Virus record (IMG/VR): IMGVR_UViG_2690315711_000004
Length of the DNA stretch: 64,000 bases
Reading direction: 5' to 3' (one strand)
DNA from: an uncultured virus (IMG/VR IMGVR_UViG_2690315711_000004)
Taxonomy: Duplodnaviria > Heunggongvirae > Uroviricota > Caudoviricetes
The notes below the pieces were generated by a model, which was not told the DNA's origin, did no database searches, and was given only the letters and a program-made list of their open reading frames with translations. Shown here one piece after another: positions 17,769-27,134 of this stretch. Each line of letters begins with the position of its first letter. The stretch's first letter is position 1. The translations under genes were made by a program, and so were the position numbers.

Positions 17769-18020
17769 ATGAAAATTAAAGAACCAGATGAGCTTATAGC
17801 GGATGCGGATAAATATGAGTCAAAAGTAATGTTTAAATCAATGAGAATAGCTTGGTTGATATTTACCATTGTACTACTTAATTTAATACCAATGCTTATT
17901 CATGGAGGAGTATTGTCATTATCTAACTTTTTGATTTTCAATGTGTTTGTTATTTGTATTATGTTATGGATATATATCAGAAAAATATTTTATACATATT
18001 CCAAGAGAAATTCACATTAA
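17769..18020 (+). CDS. Small membrane protein with two hydrophobic segments
   Basis: GAGG RBS; two predicted transmembrane stretches; AT-rich. Confidence 0.65.
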   Translation: MKIKEPDELIADADKYESKVMFKSMRIAWLIFTIVLLNLIPMLIHGGVLSLSNFLIFNVFVICIMLWIYIRKIFYTYSKRNSH

Positions 18021-18457
18021 GATAATGTTACTCATAGTGTGAGTAAAAAGAATTTTAAAAACAGTTTTTCTAAAGGTATTACTTAAATTTTAGAAGAGAC
18101 AACCTTACCTTAGATAATGAATACTGTGATTTAGGGAGAGTAATGATCGTTTCATGAGATTTATAAAAAAGAAGCCCTCGGATGAAGGCTTTAATAGCGA
18201 TACTATATAATAATTAGAAGCAATCGATAACTAAAATAGATTAGTTATATATCAACTAAACATTAGCTATCTCTCATAGTTTACTCGTTTTACTAATGTA
18301 GAAACTTGCACTAAGTCAAATAAGTTTTTTTTGTAAAAATACTATCCTTAATAGAACTGTAAACTTTCGTTTTAATCTAAATCATAACGTTAGTTCAAGT
18401 TTCACCTTCACATGTTTAACTCTTTCACACTAATCATCAACGGACACTCCTCAGGGG

Positions 18458-18733
18458 GTGACTATGCGTATGGAAAAATTAACCAATGTAACTTATGGAA
18501 CCGCAGGCTTAACGGCCTTTTTTGCCAGTCTTTCGTTATATGAATGGGGATTTGTTATCGGGATGGCGTTCAGCATGCTTCTCGGTTTAGCCACTTACTT
18601 TATGACTCGTCGAGAACAACGAAAACGCACTCAATTATTTGAAGAGATTGTTCGACATGTTGACCCACAAAACCCAACTGAAACCCTAAAAAGGCTTGCT
18701 GAATTAATGGTGAAAGCGCCAAAGGATATTTAA
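18458..18733 (+). CDS. Holin (HP1-family-like)
   Basis: Small hydrophobic protein immediately before the endolysin; M-R-M possible dual start. Confidence 0.82.
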   Translation: MTMRMEKLTNVTYGTAGLTAFFASLSLYEWGFVIGMAFSMLLGLATYFMTRREQRKRTQLFEEIVRHVDPQNPTETLKRLAELMVKAPKDI

Positions 18734-19203
18734 TGTCTCTCAAACAGAAAATAGCGGCGGTAACAACAGCAGGAGCCACAGCCATCGCGTTAGTAGTAAT
18801 AGCCCATTTTGAAGGTGTACGTTATGAACCTTATCGTGATGTGGCGGGTGTTCTAACAGTTTGTTACGGACACACAGGTAAAGACATTATTCAAAGTAAG
18901 ACATACTCACAACAAGAATGTGATGCGTTATTACAAAACGATTTTATTAAGACACAACAGCAAGTCGATGCATTAATCAAAGTACCACTCGATGACTACA
19001 CCAAAGCCGCTTTATATTCCTTTGCTTTTAATGTGGGAACGACCACATTTGCTCGCTCAACATTACTTAAGAAACTAAATGCGGGTGATAGAGCGGGTGC
19101 CTGTGAAGAAATAAAACGTTGGGTATATGCGGGTGGAAAGGTTTGGCGAGGTCTTGTTAGTCGTCGAGAGGCGGAGTCAGTACTATGTCATGGAAACCTT
19201 TAA
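18733..19203 (+). CDS. SAR endolysin (GH24 lysozyme)
   Basis: N-terminal Ala/Gly-rich SAR helix; E-x8-D-x5-T triad (FEG..YRDVAGVLT); GLVSRR. Confidence 0.93.
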   Translation: MSLKQKIAAVTTAGATAIALVVIAHFEGVRYEPYRDVAGVLTVCYGHTGKDIIQSKTYSQQECDALLQNDFIKTQQQVDALIKVPLDDYTKAALYSFAFNVGTTTFARSTLLKKLNAGDRAGACEEIKRWVYAGGKVWRGLVSRREAESVLCHGNL

Positions 19204-19343
19204 TCATCATTATCAGCTTTATTCTTGCATTACTCATTACAGTCGCTGGTGGCATTTATCTCTTGATTGATAACTCATGTACTAAAGACCAAGTGAGTTT
19301 AGAAAAGCGCTGTCAGATTGCACTCTCATATCATCGGTACTAA
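19185..19343 (+). CDS. 52-aa single-TM protein with C-x10-C, between endolysin and spanins
   Basis: MSWKPLIIIISFILALLITVAGGIYLLIDNSCTKDQVSLEKRCQIALSYHRY; GGAG RBS; fills the gap to Rz. Confidence 0.7.
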   Translation: MSWKPLIIIISFILALLITVAGGIYLLIDNSCTKDQVSLEKRCQIALSYHRY

Positions 19344-19345
19344 TC

Positions 19346-19807
19346 ATGAAATACGAAAAACTCTATGCCGTCATTGCGATGGTAGGCATTATTGTGGGAG
19401 GCTATTGGGTGATTAATTGGCAAGCTAACAGAATTAATCTATTAGTAGAAACAAACAAAGAACTAACGGAGGCTCTCGAAGAACAGAAGTCTATTAATAC
19501 TGACTATCAAGCACGCATAATGCGATTAAATCAGTTGGATATTCAATATACGCAGGAGCTAGCGAATGCTAAGAATGAAATTAGTCACTTGCGTGATATT
19601 AGTGAGCGTCATCCAGAGCGGGTGTACATCAAAGCCGAGTGTCCCAAAGTCAAAACCACTCCCTCCACCAGCTTGGCTTATGCAACCACCGCCCGACCTA
19701 CTGACACCGCTATCCGAAATTATTGGTTACTCAGAGAGCGAATTGCAGAGTCAGAGCAAATGATTTTGGGGTTACAGGATTATATTAGAGTGGAGTGTGT
19801 GAACTAA
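19346..19807 (+). CDS. Rz-like i-spanin
   Basis: N-terminal TM, coiled coil, YWLLRERI..LQDYIR..C ending. Confidence 0.9.
   Translation: MKYEKLYAVIAMVGIIVGGYWVINWQANRINLLVETNKELTEALEEQKSINTDYQARIMRLNQLDIQYTQELANAKNEISHLRDISERHPERVYIKAECPKVKTTPSTSLAYATTARPTDTAIRNYWLLRERIAESEQMILGLQDYIRVECVN
19566..19763 (+). CDS. Rz1-like o-spanin lipoprotein embedded in Rz
   Basis: Signal ending in SG-C, proline-rich PPPAWLMQPPPDL, +1 frame within Rz. Confidence 0.85.
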   Translation: MLRMKLVTCVILVSVIQSGCTSKPSVPKSKPLPPPAWLMQPPPDLLTPLSEIIGYSESELQSQSK

Positions 19808-20430
19808 AAAAAGCCCAGCATGAGAAGCTGGGTAATACTAACAAGATATCAATTAAATAAAATAGTATGGATATGTAATGTCGTCAAAAATGAGAATTAG
19901 AGTAAAATATTTGTCACCAAATAAAGTAAAAAAGTAGCCCTGTGAATTGGGCTCTCACAGGGGGCTGAAAAAAGTAAATGAAACAACAAAATTGTAGTTA
20001 TTTTTATACAATATAATTTCTTTTCGTATTATGCAAATAGTCAGCGTCGCATTGTCGCTGTTCTCATACATTAACGATGACATGTTCTCCTCACATTGAG
20101 TGTGTAAGAGAAGTCAAAAACAGCGAATACCACCGTTTAGTTATTTTTTCGGTCATTATCAGCAAAGTCAGCTGTAGGTAGAAGAAGGGGCGTGATGATG
20201 GAGAGACATCATCTACAAACGTCATTCATTGAGTGGTGTATACAGATAGCCATCAGGTAACCGCTGGTGGTTTTTTTACGCATTTCATTGCTCATTCACA
20301 GAGCAATTCTAAAACGTCGAATCCAATCACTTTGATATGAGCCTTCGAGAAAGTCAGTTATAGCTGGCGAGCTTCGACGGGCTGATTTTCTATGTGAACG
20401 AGGGTTCATTTCAAATGAAGGTAATACGCT

Positions 20431-20625
20431 ATGAATAAATCCTTAGTTTTTAAAGGTGATGAAATCCCTCTATTTGATAATGGTGATGACCAACAGGCAA
20501 CTTTAAGAATTACTTGCGTACAAAGATGAGCCATCAGTAACTCGTATCTTTAATCGAAATAAAGACGAGTTTACCGACAGTATGTCTCAAATGGTCAATT
20601 TTACCTTTAGTAGGGATAAGCTAAT
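20431..20625 (+). pseudogene. Degenerate Bro-N/antirepressor-like remnant
   Basis: MNKSLVFKG start with RBS, then frame-disrupted VTRIFNRNKDEFTDSMS segment resembling phage Bro-N proteins. Confidence 0.5.
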
Positions 20626-20814
20626 AAAAGTGAATTTTCTTTGAAAGGAAATAAAAAAGAGCTCACAGCCAAGAGATAATGAGGCTCAACGTAATGAATA
20701 TACCCGTTTTGTTATTTTCTGGGCATTATCAGTAACGTCAGTTGTTGGTAGAAAAAAGGGAGTGAAATCATTTTGTCAATCATTCACTAATATCATTAGG
20801 CTAGATCGCACATC

Positions 20815-21111
20815 ATGAGTCGATTAAAAGTACTAAAACCACGTATTCCCGTGTTAAAGACGAAAGTGGTTAAACCATTAGATGTTGTCACAAGGCGAGT
20901 GACTGGATCACAACGGCAAAAACGAAGGTTATTAAAGTGGCAAGAGAACCCGCATTGTGCCGCATGTGGGAGCTTGTTAGCTTTCCCTGATGGATTTGAA
21001 TTAGACCATATCATTCCTCTATTTAAAGGTGGAAAAGACACCATTGAAAACTGTCAGGTACTTTGTATTGAATGTCATCGAAAGAAAACAAAAGAAGAAT
21101 TATCTTGCTAA
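20815..21111 (+). CDS. HNH endonuclease (terminase-associated, HK97 gp74-like)
   Basis: CAACG, ELDHIIPL..GG, NCQVLCIECH; directly upstream of terS. Confidence 0.92.
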   Translation: MSRLKVLKPRIPVLKTKVVKPLDVVTRRVTGSQRQKRRLLKWQENPHCAACGSLLAFPDGFELDHIIPLFKGGKDTIENCQVLCIECHRKKTKEELSC

Positions 21112-21245
21112 TGTGAGGCTAACAGCAAAGAAGGGGGGGAGGTGAAAAAAATAAAAATAGATCGCCTCGGCTACCTCGCCCCCTCTCATTCAGAGAAAAA
21201 ATTCTGTTTTTTGAAAGAAGTTAACCTTATTTAGGTAAGGATAAA

Positions 21246-21848
21246 GTGATGCTAACAGGGCGAAAAAAGAAATTTGCACAAGCCCTGAAAAAAGGGATGA
21301 CGCAACGAGAAGCCGCGATTGAAGCGGGATACAGCGAGAAAACTGCTCAGGTAAAAGGGAGTCAGTTAGCCAAAGATCCGGATGTAACAGCTTATCTAAG
21401 GCGCAGTATTAATGGTAATACTAAAGTTAATACTCATTTAAATCAAAAAGTTAACTCTAAGGTTAATTTTGACGTTAACACTGAAGTTAATTATCATTTA
21501 AATCATGAGGTTAGCAATAAAGTTAACCCTACAATTAATCGAAAAATTAACTCTAGAGTTAACTCCAATGTTAATTCTGACATTAACGCTGTTATCACGG
21601 ATAAAGAGAGGTCGTCACAGGTACACGACTATCCTGATCCTCTGGCCGTGATTGCCGAAATCATGATGAAAAATAAAGACATCGACCCTAAATTATCGCT
21701 TGATGCCGCCGCAAAATTGGCACCTTATCTGTGCAGTAAGAAAGGGGACTGTGGCAAAAAAGACGAAAAGAAGAAAGCAGCGAAAAAAGCCGGTAATCGT
21801 TTTTCACCAATGCCTCCCCCAAAATTAATCATCAACAACAAGGGTTAA
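21246..21848 (+). CDS. Terminase small subunit
   Basis: AAIEAGYSEKTA HTH pattern; upstream of terL; internal x-x-V-N repeats. Confidence 0.88.
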   Translation: MMLTGRKKKFAQALKKGMTQREAAIEAGYSEKTAQVKGSQLAKDPDVTAYLRRSINGNTKVNTHLNQKVNSKVNFDVNTEVNYHLNHEVSNKVNPTINRKINSRVNSNVNSDINAVITDKERSSQVHDYPDPLAVIAEIMMKNKDIDPKLSLDAAAKLAPYLCSKKGDCGKKDEKKKAAKKAGNRFSPMPPPKLIINNKG

Positions 21849-21851
21849 ACT

Positions 21852-23513
21852 ATGCCATATTGGACTACCGCTTGCCCTGACTGGGAGGAGCGAATAAAGC
21901 ATGGGCGCTCGATCATTCCTCCACCGATATATCCTGAACAGGCAGAGCTTGCGTTAAATATCTTTAAGCAATTAAAAATAGTTGATGCTCCGGGCAGCCC
22001 AACGTTTGGTGAAGCTTGTGCTCAATGGATATTTGACTTAGTGTCTGCGCTATTTGGCTCGTATGATGCGCAAACGGGACGGCGATATATTACTGAAGTT
22101 TTTGTCCTTATCCCAAAGAAAAATTCCAAATCCACGTTAGCTGCGGGGATCATGATGACAGCGTTACTGTTAAATTGGCGCCAAGCTGCAAGTTATACCA
22201 TCATTGCACCTACTGTTGAGGTCGCGACAAATGCTTTTAACCCTGCAAGGGATATGGTGAAGTATGATGAAGATTTGGATGATTTGTGCCAAGTACAGAC
22301 ACACATTAGGACCATCACGCATAGAAATACGGATACCACACTGAAAGTATTAGCCGCCGATGCGAATACGATCTCAGGTATTAAGTCAGTAGGAACGCTG
22401 ATTGATGAACTGTGGTTGTTTGGCAAACAAGCGAATGCGGACGATTTGCTTCGCGAAGCGATAGGGGGGTTGGCTTCTCGACCAGAGGGATTTGTGGTGT
22501 ATACCACGACTCAATCCAATGAGCCTCCATCAGGGGTATTTAAGCAAAAATTACAGTATGCCCGTGATGTGCGTGACGGCAAAATTCATGACCCTAACTT
22601 TCTCCCTGTGATTTTTGAACATCCACATGACATGGTAGAAAGAGGAGAGCACTTGTTAGCGGAAAACATGGCCATGGTAAATCCCAATTTGGGGTATTCG
22701 GTGGATGAAGTTTTTTTAATGCGAGAATTCCGCAAAGCAAAAGAGACAGGAGATGCCTCTTTTCGCGGTTTTATGGCAAAACATGCCAATGTGGAAGTGG
22801 GGCTCGCATTGCGTTCTGATCGTTGGGTGGGCGCGGACTTTTGGGAGCCACAAACAGATGACACTTTGACGCTTGACGAAATCCTTCGTCGTTCAGAGGT
22901 GGTTACTGTCGGTATTGATGGTGGCGGATTAGATGATTTGCTCGGTTTATCGATAGTGGGGCGATGTAAAAATACGCGTCAATGGTTGTCATGGTCTCAT
23001 GCTTGGGGGCATTCATCGGTGTTTGAGCGTCGAAAAAGTGAAGTGGCCAAATTGCTCGACTTTGAAAAAGACGGTGATTTCACCCTCGTTGCACAAATAG
23101 GGGATGACACGAAGGAAGTGGCTGATATTGTTGAACGAATTTATCAGACAAGGTTGATGGATAAAATTGGCATTGACCCTTCAGAAATTGGGGGATTACT
23201 TGATGAAATCGTGCAAAGAGGCATTGAACAAGATGCTATTGTGGGGATTTCTCAAGGGTGGCGGCTAGGCGGTGCCATACAAACCACTGAAAGAAAACTG
23301 GCTGAAAAAGTGTTATTTCATGCTAAACAGCCCTTAATGAATTGGTGTGTGGGTAATGCAAGAGTTGAACCTAAAGGGAATGCCATACTGATTACCAAGC
23401 AAGCCAGTGGTCGATCGAAGATAGATGCACTGATGGCGCTGTTTAATGCGATATCACTGATGGCATTAAACCCTGATCCTCCGCAGAAACAATACAAATC
23501 TTATTTTATTTAG
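21852..23513 (+). CDS. Terminase large subunit
   Basis: PKKNSKS Walker A variant, IDELW Walker B, VGIDGG and KIDAL nuclease motifs. Confidence 0.95.
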   Translation: MPYWTTACPDWEERIKHGRSIIPPPIYPEQAELALNIFKQLKIVDAPGSPTFGEACAQWIFDLVSALFGSYDAQTGRRYITEVFVLIPKKNSKSTLAAGIMMTALLLNWRQAASYTIIAPTVEVATNAFNPARDMVKYDEDLDDLCQVQTHIRTITHRNTDTTLKVLAADANTISGIKSVGTLIDELWLFGKQANADDLLREAIGGLASRPEGFVVYTTTQSNEPPSGVFKQKLQYARDVRDGKIHDPNFLPVIFEHPHDMVERGEHLLAENMAMVNPNLGYSVDEVFLMREFRKAKETGDASFRGFMAKHANVEVGLALRSDRWVGADFWEPQTDDTLTLDEILRRSEVVTVGIDGGGLDDLLGLSIVGRCKNTRQWLSWSHAWGHSSVFERRKSEVAKLLDFEKDGDFTLVAQIGDDTKEVADIVERIYQTRLMDKIGIDPSEIGGLLDEIVQRGIEQDAIVGISQGWRLGGAIQTTERKLAEKVLFHAKQPLMNWCVGNARVEPKGNAILITKQASGRSKIDALMALFNAISLMALNPDPPQKQYKSYFI

Positions 23514-23549
23514 AACCCGCCAATGGCGGGTTTTTTTTAAGGAGTCTGC

Positions 23550-25493
23550 ATGGAAAATCAACGTTCCTACAGTCTATTAACGATTAAATCAGTGAATGAA
23601 AAAGACAGAGAAATCGTGGGCATGGCGACAACACCGTCAACTGATGCTTATGGCGATATTGTCGAGCCAGAAGGTGGCGTATTTACACTACCGCTTCCCT
23701 TGCTATGGCAGCACAACATGGAACAACCTATTGGCGAAGTTATCGACGCGAAAGTCACACCACATGGGATCAAAATTAAAGCAAAGATAGCCCAAATAGC
23801 CAGTCCACCGGGATTATCTGCACGACTCGAAGAGGCGTGGCAATCCATGAAGTCTGGGCTGGTGAAAGGGCTTTCTATCGGATTTAAACCGTTGGAATAT
23901 GCTTTTTTAGATGAGGGAGGGATCCGATTTACCAAATGGGTGTGGACGGAATTATCTGTCGTGACGATCCCCGCCAATAAGGATTGTCATCTTCAAACCC
24001 TTAAATCGATGTTTCAACCGCCGGCTGCGTCTGGCTCAAGGCGAGTTGTCCATTTATCTTCTCAATTATCCGCTGGTGTTTCAGCAAAAAATGCATTTAA
24101 TAAGGAACATACGATGAATATTGCCGAACAAATTAAATCATTCGAAGCGAAAAGATCGGCCAATGATGCGGCACGATTAGATATCATGAACAAAGCAGCT
24201 GAAGAAGGTCGTACTTTGGATGTGGAAGAATCAGAGCAGTACGATAATTTAACCTCGGAAATCAAGGCAGTAGATAGTCATTTAGTGCGTTTGCGTGAAA
24301 TGGAAGCCTCCCAAGCCAAACAAGCTAAGCCGATTGATGTTGAGCAAAACTCATTTCGTGAAGCCTCTCAATTGCGAGGCGGGATTATAAAAGTAGACGA
24401 AAAATTAGCGCCAGGCATTGAATTTGCTCGTTATGTGAAATGTTTAGCCGCCTCAAAAGGTAACACAACACAGGCGTTGGAAATTGCAAAATCACAATAC
24501 CCAGAGCAACCCCGCATACAGAATGTACTCAAAGCGGCGGTAAACGCAGGGACAACGACCGATCCACAATGGGCGGGGACATTGACGGACTATCAACATT
24601 TTGCGGGTGATTTTATTGACTTTTTACGCCCTAAAACCATTATTGGTCAATTTGGTATCGGGGGGATCCCGTCATTGTTTCGTATTCCGTTTAATGTGCG
24701 TATCCCTGGACAAATCAGCGGAGGAAAAGGGTATTGGGTGGGGCAAGGTGATCCCAAACCACTGACTAAATTTGATTTTCAATCTATTCAACTTGGCTTT
24801 GCAAAAGTCGCAAACATTGCCGTGCTGACGGATGAATTAGTGCGCTTTAGCAACCCCGCGGCGGATACCCTTGTACGTAATGCCTTGGCGGCTGCCATCA
24901 TTGAACGCATTGATATTGATTTCATCGATCCTAACAAAGCCGAAGTCACAAACGTGTCACCCGCTTCCATTACGCATGGTGTGAAAGCCATCCCATCAAC
25001 AGGCAATCCTGAAGCGGATGTTGAGGCAGTGTTTGAAGCCTTTCTGAAAGCCAATCTTTCGCCGACAAGTGGTGTTTGGATCATGTCTTCCATGACAGCA
25101 TTAGCCTTATCAAAAATGAAAAATCCATTGGGTCAGAAGATGTACCCTGATTTGAGTTTCCTCGGTGGGGCTTTCCAAGGCTTACCTGCGATTGTGTCAC
25201 AGTATGCGGGGGAACAGTTAATTTTGGTTAACGCGCAAGATGTGTATCTTGCCGATGATGGTCAGGTGGTAATTGATGCGAGTCGTGAAGCGTCTTTACA
25301 AATGGAAGATAGCCCAACTAACAGCAGTAAAACGGGGACCGGAGCCCAATTGGTGAGCATGTTCCAAACCAACAGTGTGGCTATTCGTGCAGAGCGCTTT
25401 ATCAATTGGCGCAAACGTCGCCCAGAAGCAGTGGCCTATGTGTCGGGTGTCAACTACCGCACAGTCACAGGGGGAGATAAAAGCCCAAAGTGA
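23550..25493 (+). CDS. Fused prohead protease-major capsid protein (HK97 fold)
   Basis: LLWQH, GLSIGF, ELSVVTIPAN protease motifs followed by a capsid domain. Confidence 0.92.
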   Translation: MENQRSYSLLTIKSVNEKDREIVGMATTPSTDAYGDIVEPEGGVFTLPLPLLWQHNMEQPIGEVIDAKVTPHGIKIKAKIAQIASPPGLSARLEEAWQSMKSGLVKGLSIGFKPLEYAFLDEGGIRFTKWVWTELSVVTIPANKDCHLQTLKSMFQPPAASGSRRVVHLSSQLSAGVSAKNAFNKEHTMNIAEQIKSFEAKRSANDAARLDIMNKAAEEGRTLDVEESEQYDNLTSEIKAVDSHLVRLREMEASQAKQAKPIDVEQNSFREASQLRGGIIKVDEKLAPGIEFARYVKCLAASKGNTTQALEIAKSQYPEQPRIQNVLKAAVNAGTTTDPQWAGTLTDYQHFAGDFIDFLRPKTIIGQFGIGGIPSLFRIPFNVRIPGQISGGKGYWVGQGDPKPLTKFDFQSIQLGFAKVANIAVLTDELVRFSNPAADTLVRNALAAAIIERIDIDFIDPNKAEVTNVSPASITHGVKAIPSTGNPEADVEAVFEAFLKANLSPTSGVWIMSSMTALALSKMKNPLGQKMYPDLSFLGGAFQGLPAIVSQYAGEQLILVNAQDVYLADDGQVVIDASREASLQMEDSPTNSSKTGTGAQLVSMFQTNSVAIRAERFINWRKRRPEAVAYVSGVNYRTVTGGDKSPK

Positions 25494-25548
25494 TCACGGT
25501 GGACAACGCCGAAGTGACAACAGACACAACACATAGGAGGATAAATTA

Positions 25549-25767
25549 ATGGCTGTCATTCAGAAAATTAATGTGGGCGAAAAAGCCAATGATGGCACAG
25601 GCGATACGTTGCGAGACGCTTTCGTAAAAGCCAATCAAAACTTTGAAGCCTTAAATACTGCTGTGCAGAAAGGGGGAGCTGATCCGAACGGTGACTTAGG
25701 AAAAGAGCTTTCTAAGGAGCTTGAGGCACTCACATTACGTGTCGAATCGCTTGAAAAGACGAAATAG
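25549..25767 (+). CDS. Small virion structural protein (possible head fibre/decoration)
   Basis: INVGEKANDGTGDTLRDAFVKANQNF motif; AGGAGG RBS; followed by a terminator. Confidence 0.7.
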   Translation: MAVIQKINVGEKANDGTGDTLRDAFVKANQNFEALNTAVQKGGADPNGDLGKELSKELEALTLRVESLEKTK

Positions 25768-25817
25768 TAACATAAGGGGCGGTATAGCCCCTTTCTTTTT
25801 CATGGGTTGGGGACTTT

Positions 25818-27134
25818 ATGCCAATATTAACGAACATTGCCCAGGCCGTGGTTAAGAGACTGGCTGGTCTCGGAGAAGGTTGGCTCACGATTTTCAGAGA
25901 ACCTTTTACTGGCGCTTGGCAGCAAAATATGGCGCTTAGCCGAGAAGAGGTATTAACTTACCATCCTGTTTTTTCCTGTGTGACATTAATCGCCTCAGAT
26001 ATTGCTAAAATGCCCTTGTTATTAAAACGAAAAGGGCATGATGGGGTATGGCACGAGCAAAATAAAGGTGCTTACACGGTGATAGTGACACCTAACTCGC
26101 TACAAACCAGGAATCAATTTTTTGAAAATTGGCTCAATTCAAAATTGACGACGGGGAATACATTTGTTTTTAAGGTGCGAACACCTAAAGGAAAAGTGCA
26201 AGAACTGAAAATACTGGATCCAAACCGCGTTAAACCACTGATAACCGATAAAGGGGAGGTGTTCTACCAATTATCTACGGATAATATTTCAGGAATAGCG
26301 CAATCGGTGACGGTTCCCGCTAGAGAGATTATCCATGATAGATTTAATTGTCTCTATCATCCCTTAATGGGGTTACCGCCTGTTTATGCGTGTGCATTAT
26401 CCGCGGCACAAGGGACAGCGATCATGAAAAATGCCACACATCTCTTTGTGAATGGGGGTAAGCCCAGCGGTGTTATCGAAGTGCCTGGCAAAATCAGTGA
26501 AGAGGACGCTCACACGCTAAAAAAATTATGGGAGACGAATTATGGTGGTAAAAATGCGGGTAAAACAGCAATATTAACAGAGAATGCCAAGTACAAAACT
26601 CTTTCATTTAACCCAGTCGATTCTCAGTTAGTTGAACAGTTGAAATTGACGGCTGAAATTGTCTGTTCGGTGTTTCATGTTCCTTTGTATAAAGTCGGGC
26701 TAGGAGAGGTTCCCTCATACAATAATGTTGAAGCATTAGATCAGCAATACTATTCCCAATGCTTACAGTCTCATATCGAAGCTATTGAGATCTTATTGGC
26801 TCAAGGTCTTGATTTACCGTTGTCTGAAAAAATTGAATTTGATTTAGACACATTAATGCGAATGGATACCGCAACACGCTTTAAAGCTCACAATGAAGGA
26901 ATTAAAGGTGGGTGGTTATCGCCGAATGAAGTGCGTAAGAAGGAGAATTTAGCGCCTGTCGAGGGCGGAGATACACCTTATTTGCAACAACAAAATTATA
27001 GTTTGGCGGCATTATCATGGAGAGATAAACAAAAAATGCTGACATCCTCTGATAAAAGCGAGTTATTTGTGGAGACCGTGAGCGAAGCATCGGTGCAGGA
27101 CGAAAAACACTATTTTGCGGAGTGTATCAAGTGA
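25818..27134 (+). CDS. Portal protein, HK97 family
   Basis: VFSCVTLIASDIA, EIIHDR, VFHVP, LSPNEVRKKENLAPVEGGD. Confidence 0.93.
   Translation: MPILTNIAQAVVKRLAGLGEGWLTIFREPFTGAWQQNMALSREEVLTYHPVFSCVTLIASDIAKMPLLLKRKGHDGVWHEQNKGAYTVIVTPNSLQTRNQFFENWLNSKLTTGNTFVFKVRTPKGKVQELKILDPNRVKPLITDKGEVFYQLSTDNISGIAQSVTVPAREIIHDRFNCLYHPLMGLPPVYACALSAAQGTAIMKNATHLFVNGGKPSGVIEVPGKISEEDAHTLKKLWETNYGGKNAGKTAILTENAKYKTLSFNPVDSQLVEQLKLTAEIVCSVFHVPLYKVGLGEVPSYNNVEALDQQYYSQCLQSHIEAIEILLAQGLDLPLSEKIEFDLDTLMRMDTATRFKAHNEGIKGGWLSPNEVRKKENLAPVEGGDTPYLQQQNYSLAALSWRDKQKMLTSSDKSELFVETVSEASVQDEKHYFAECIK

Noticed and set aside
21112..21245. Exact cos site
   Set aside because: The position between HNH and terS fits and a GC-rich patch is present, but the cut site cannot be assigned from sequence alone
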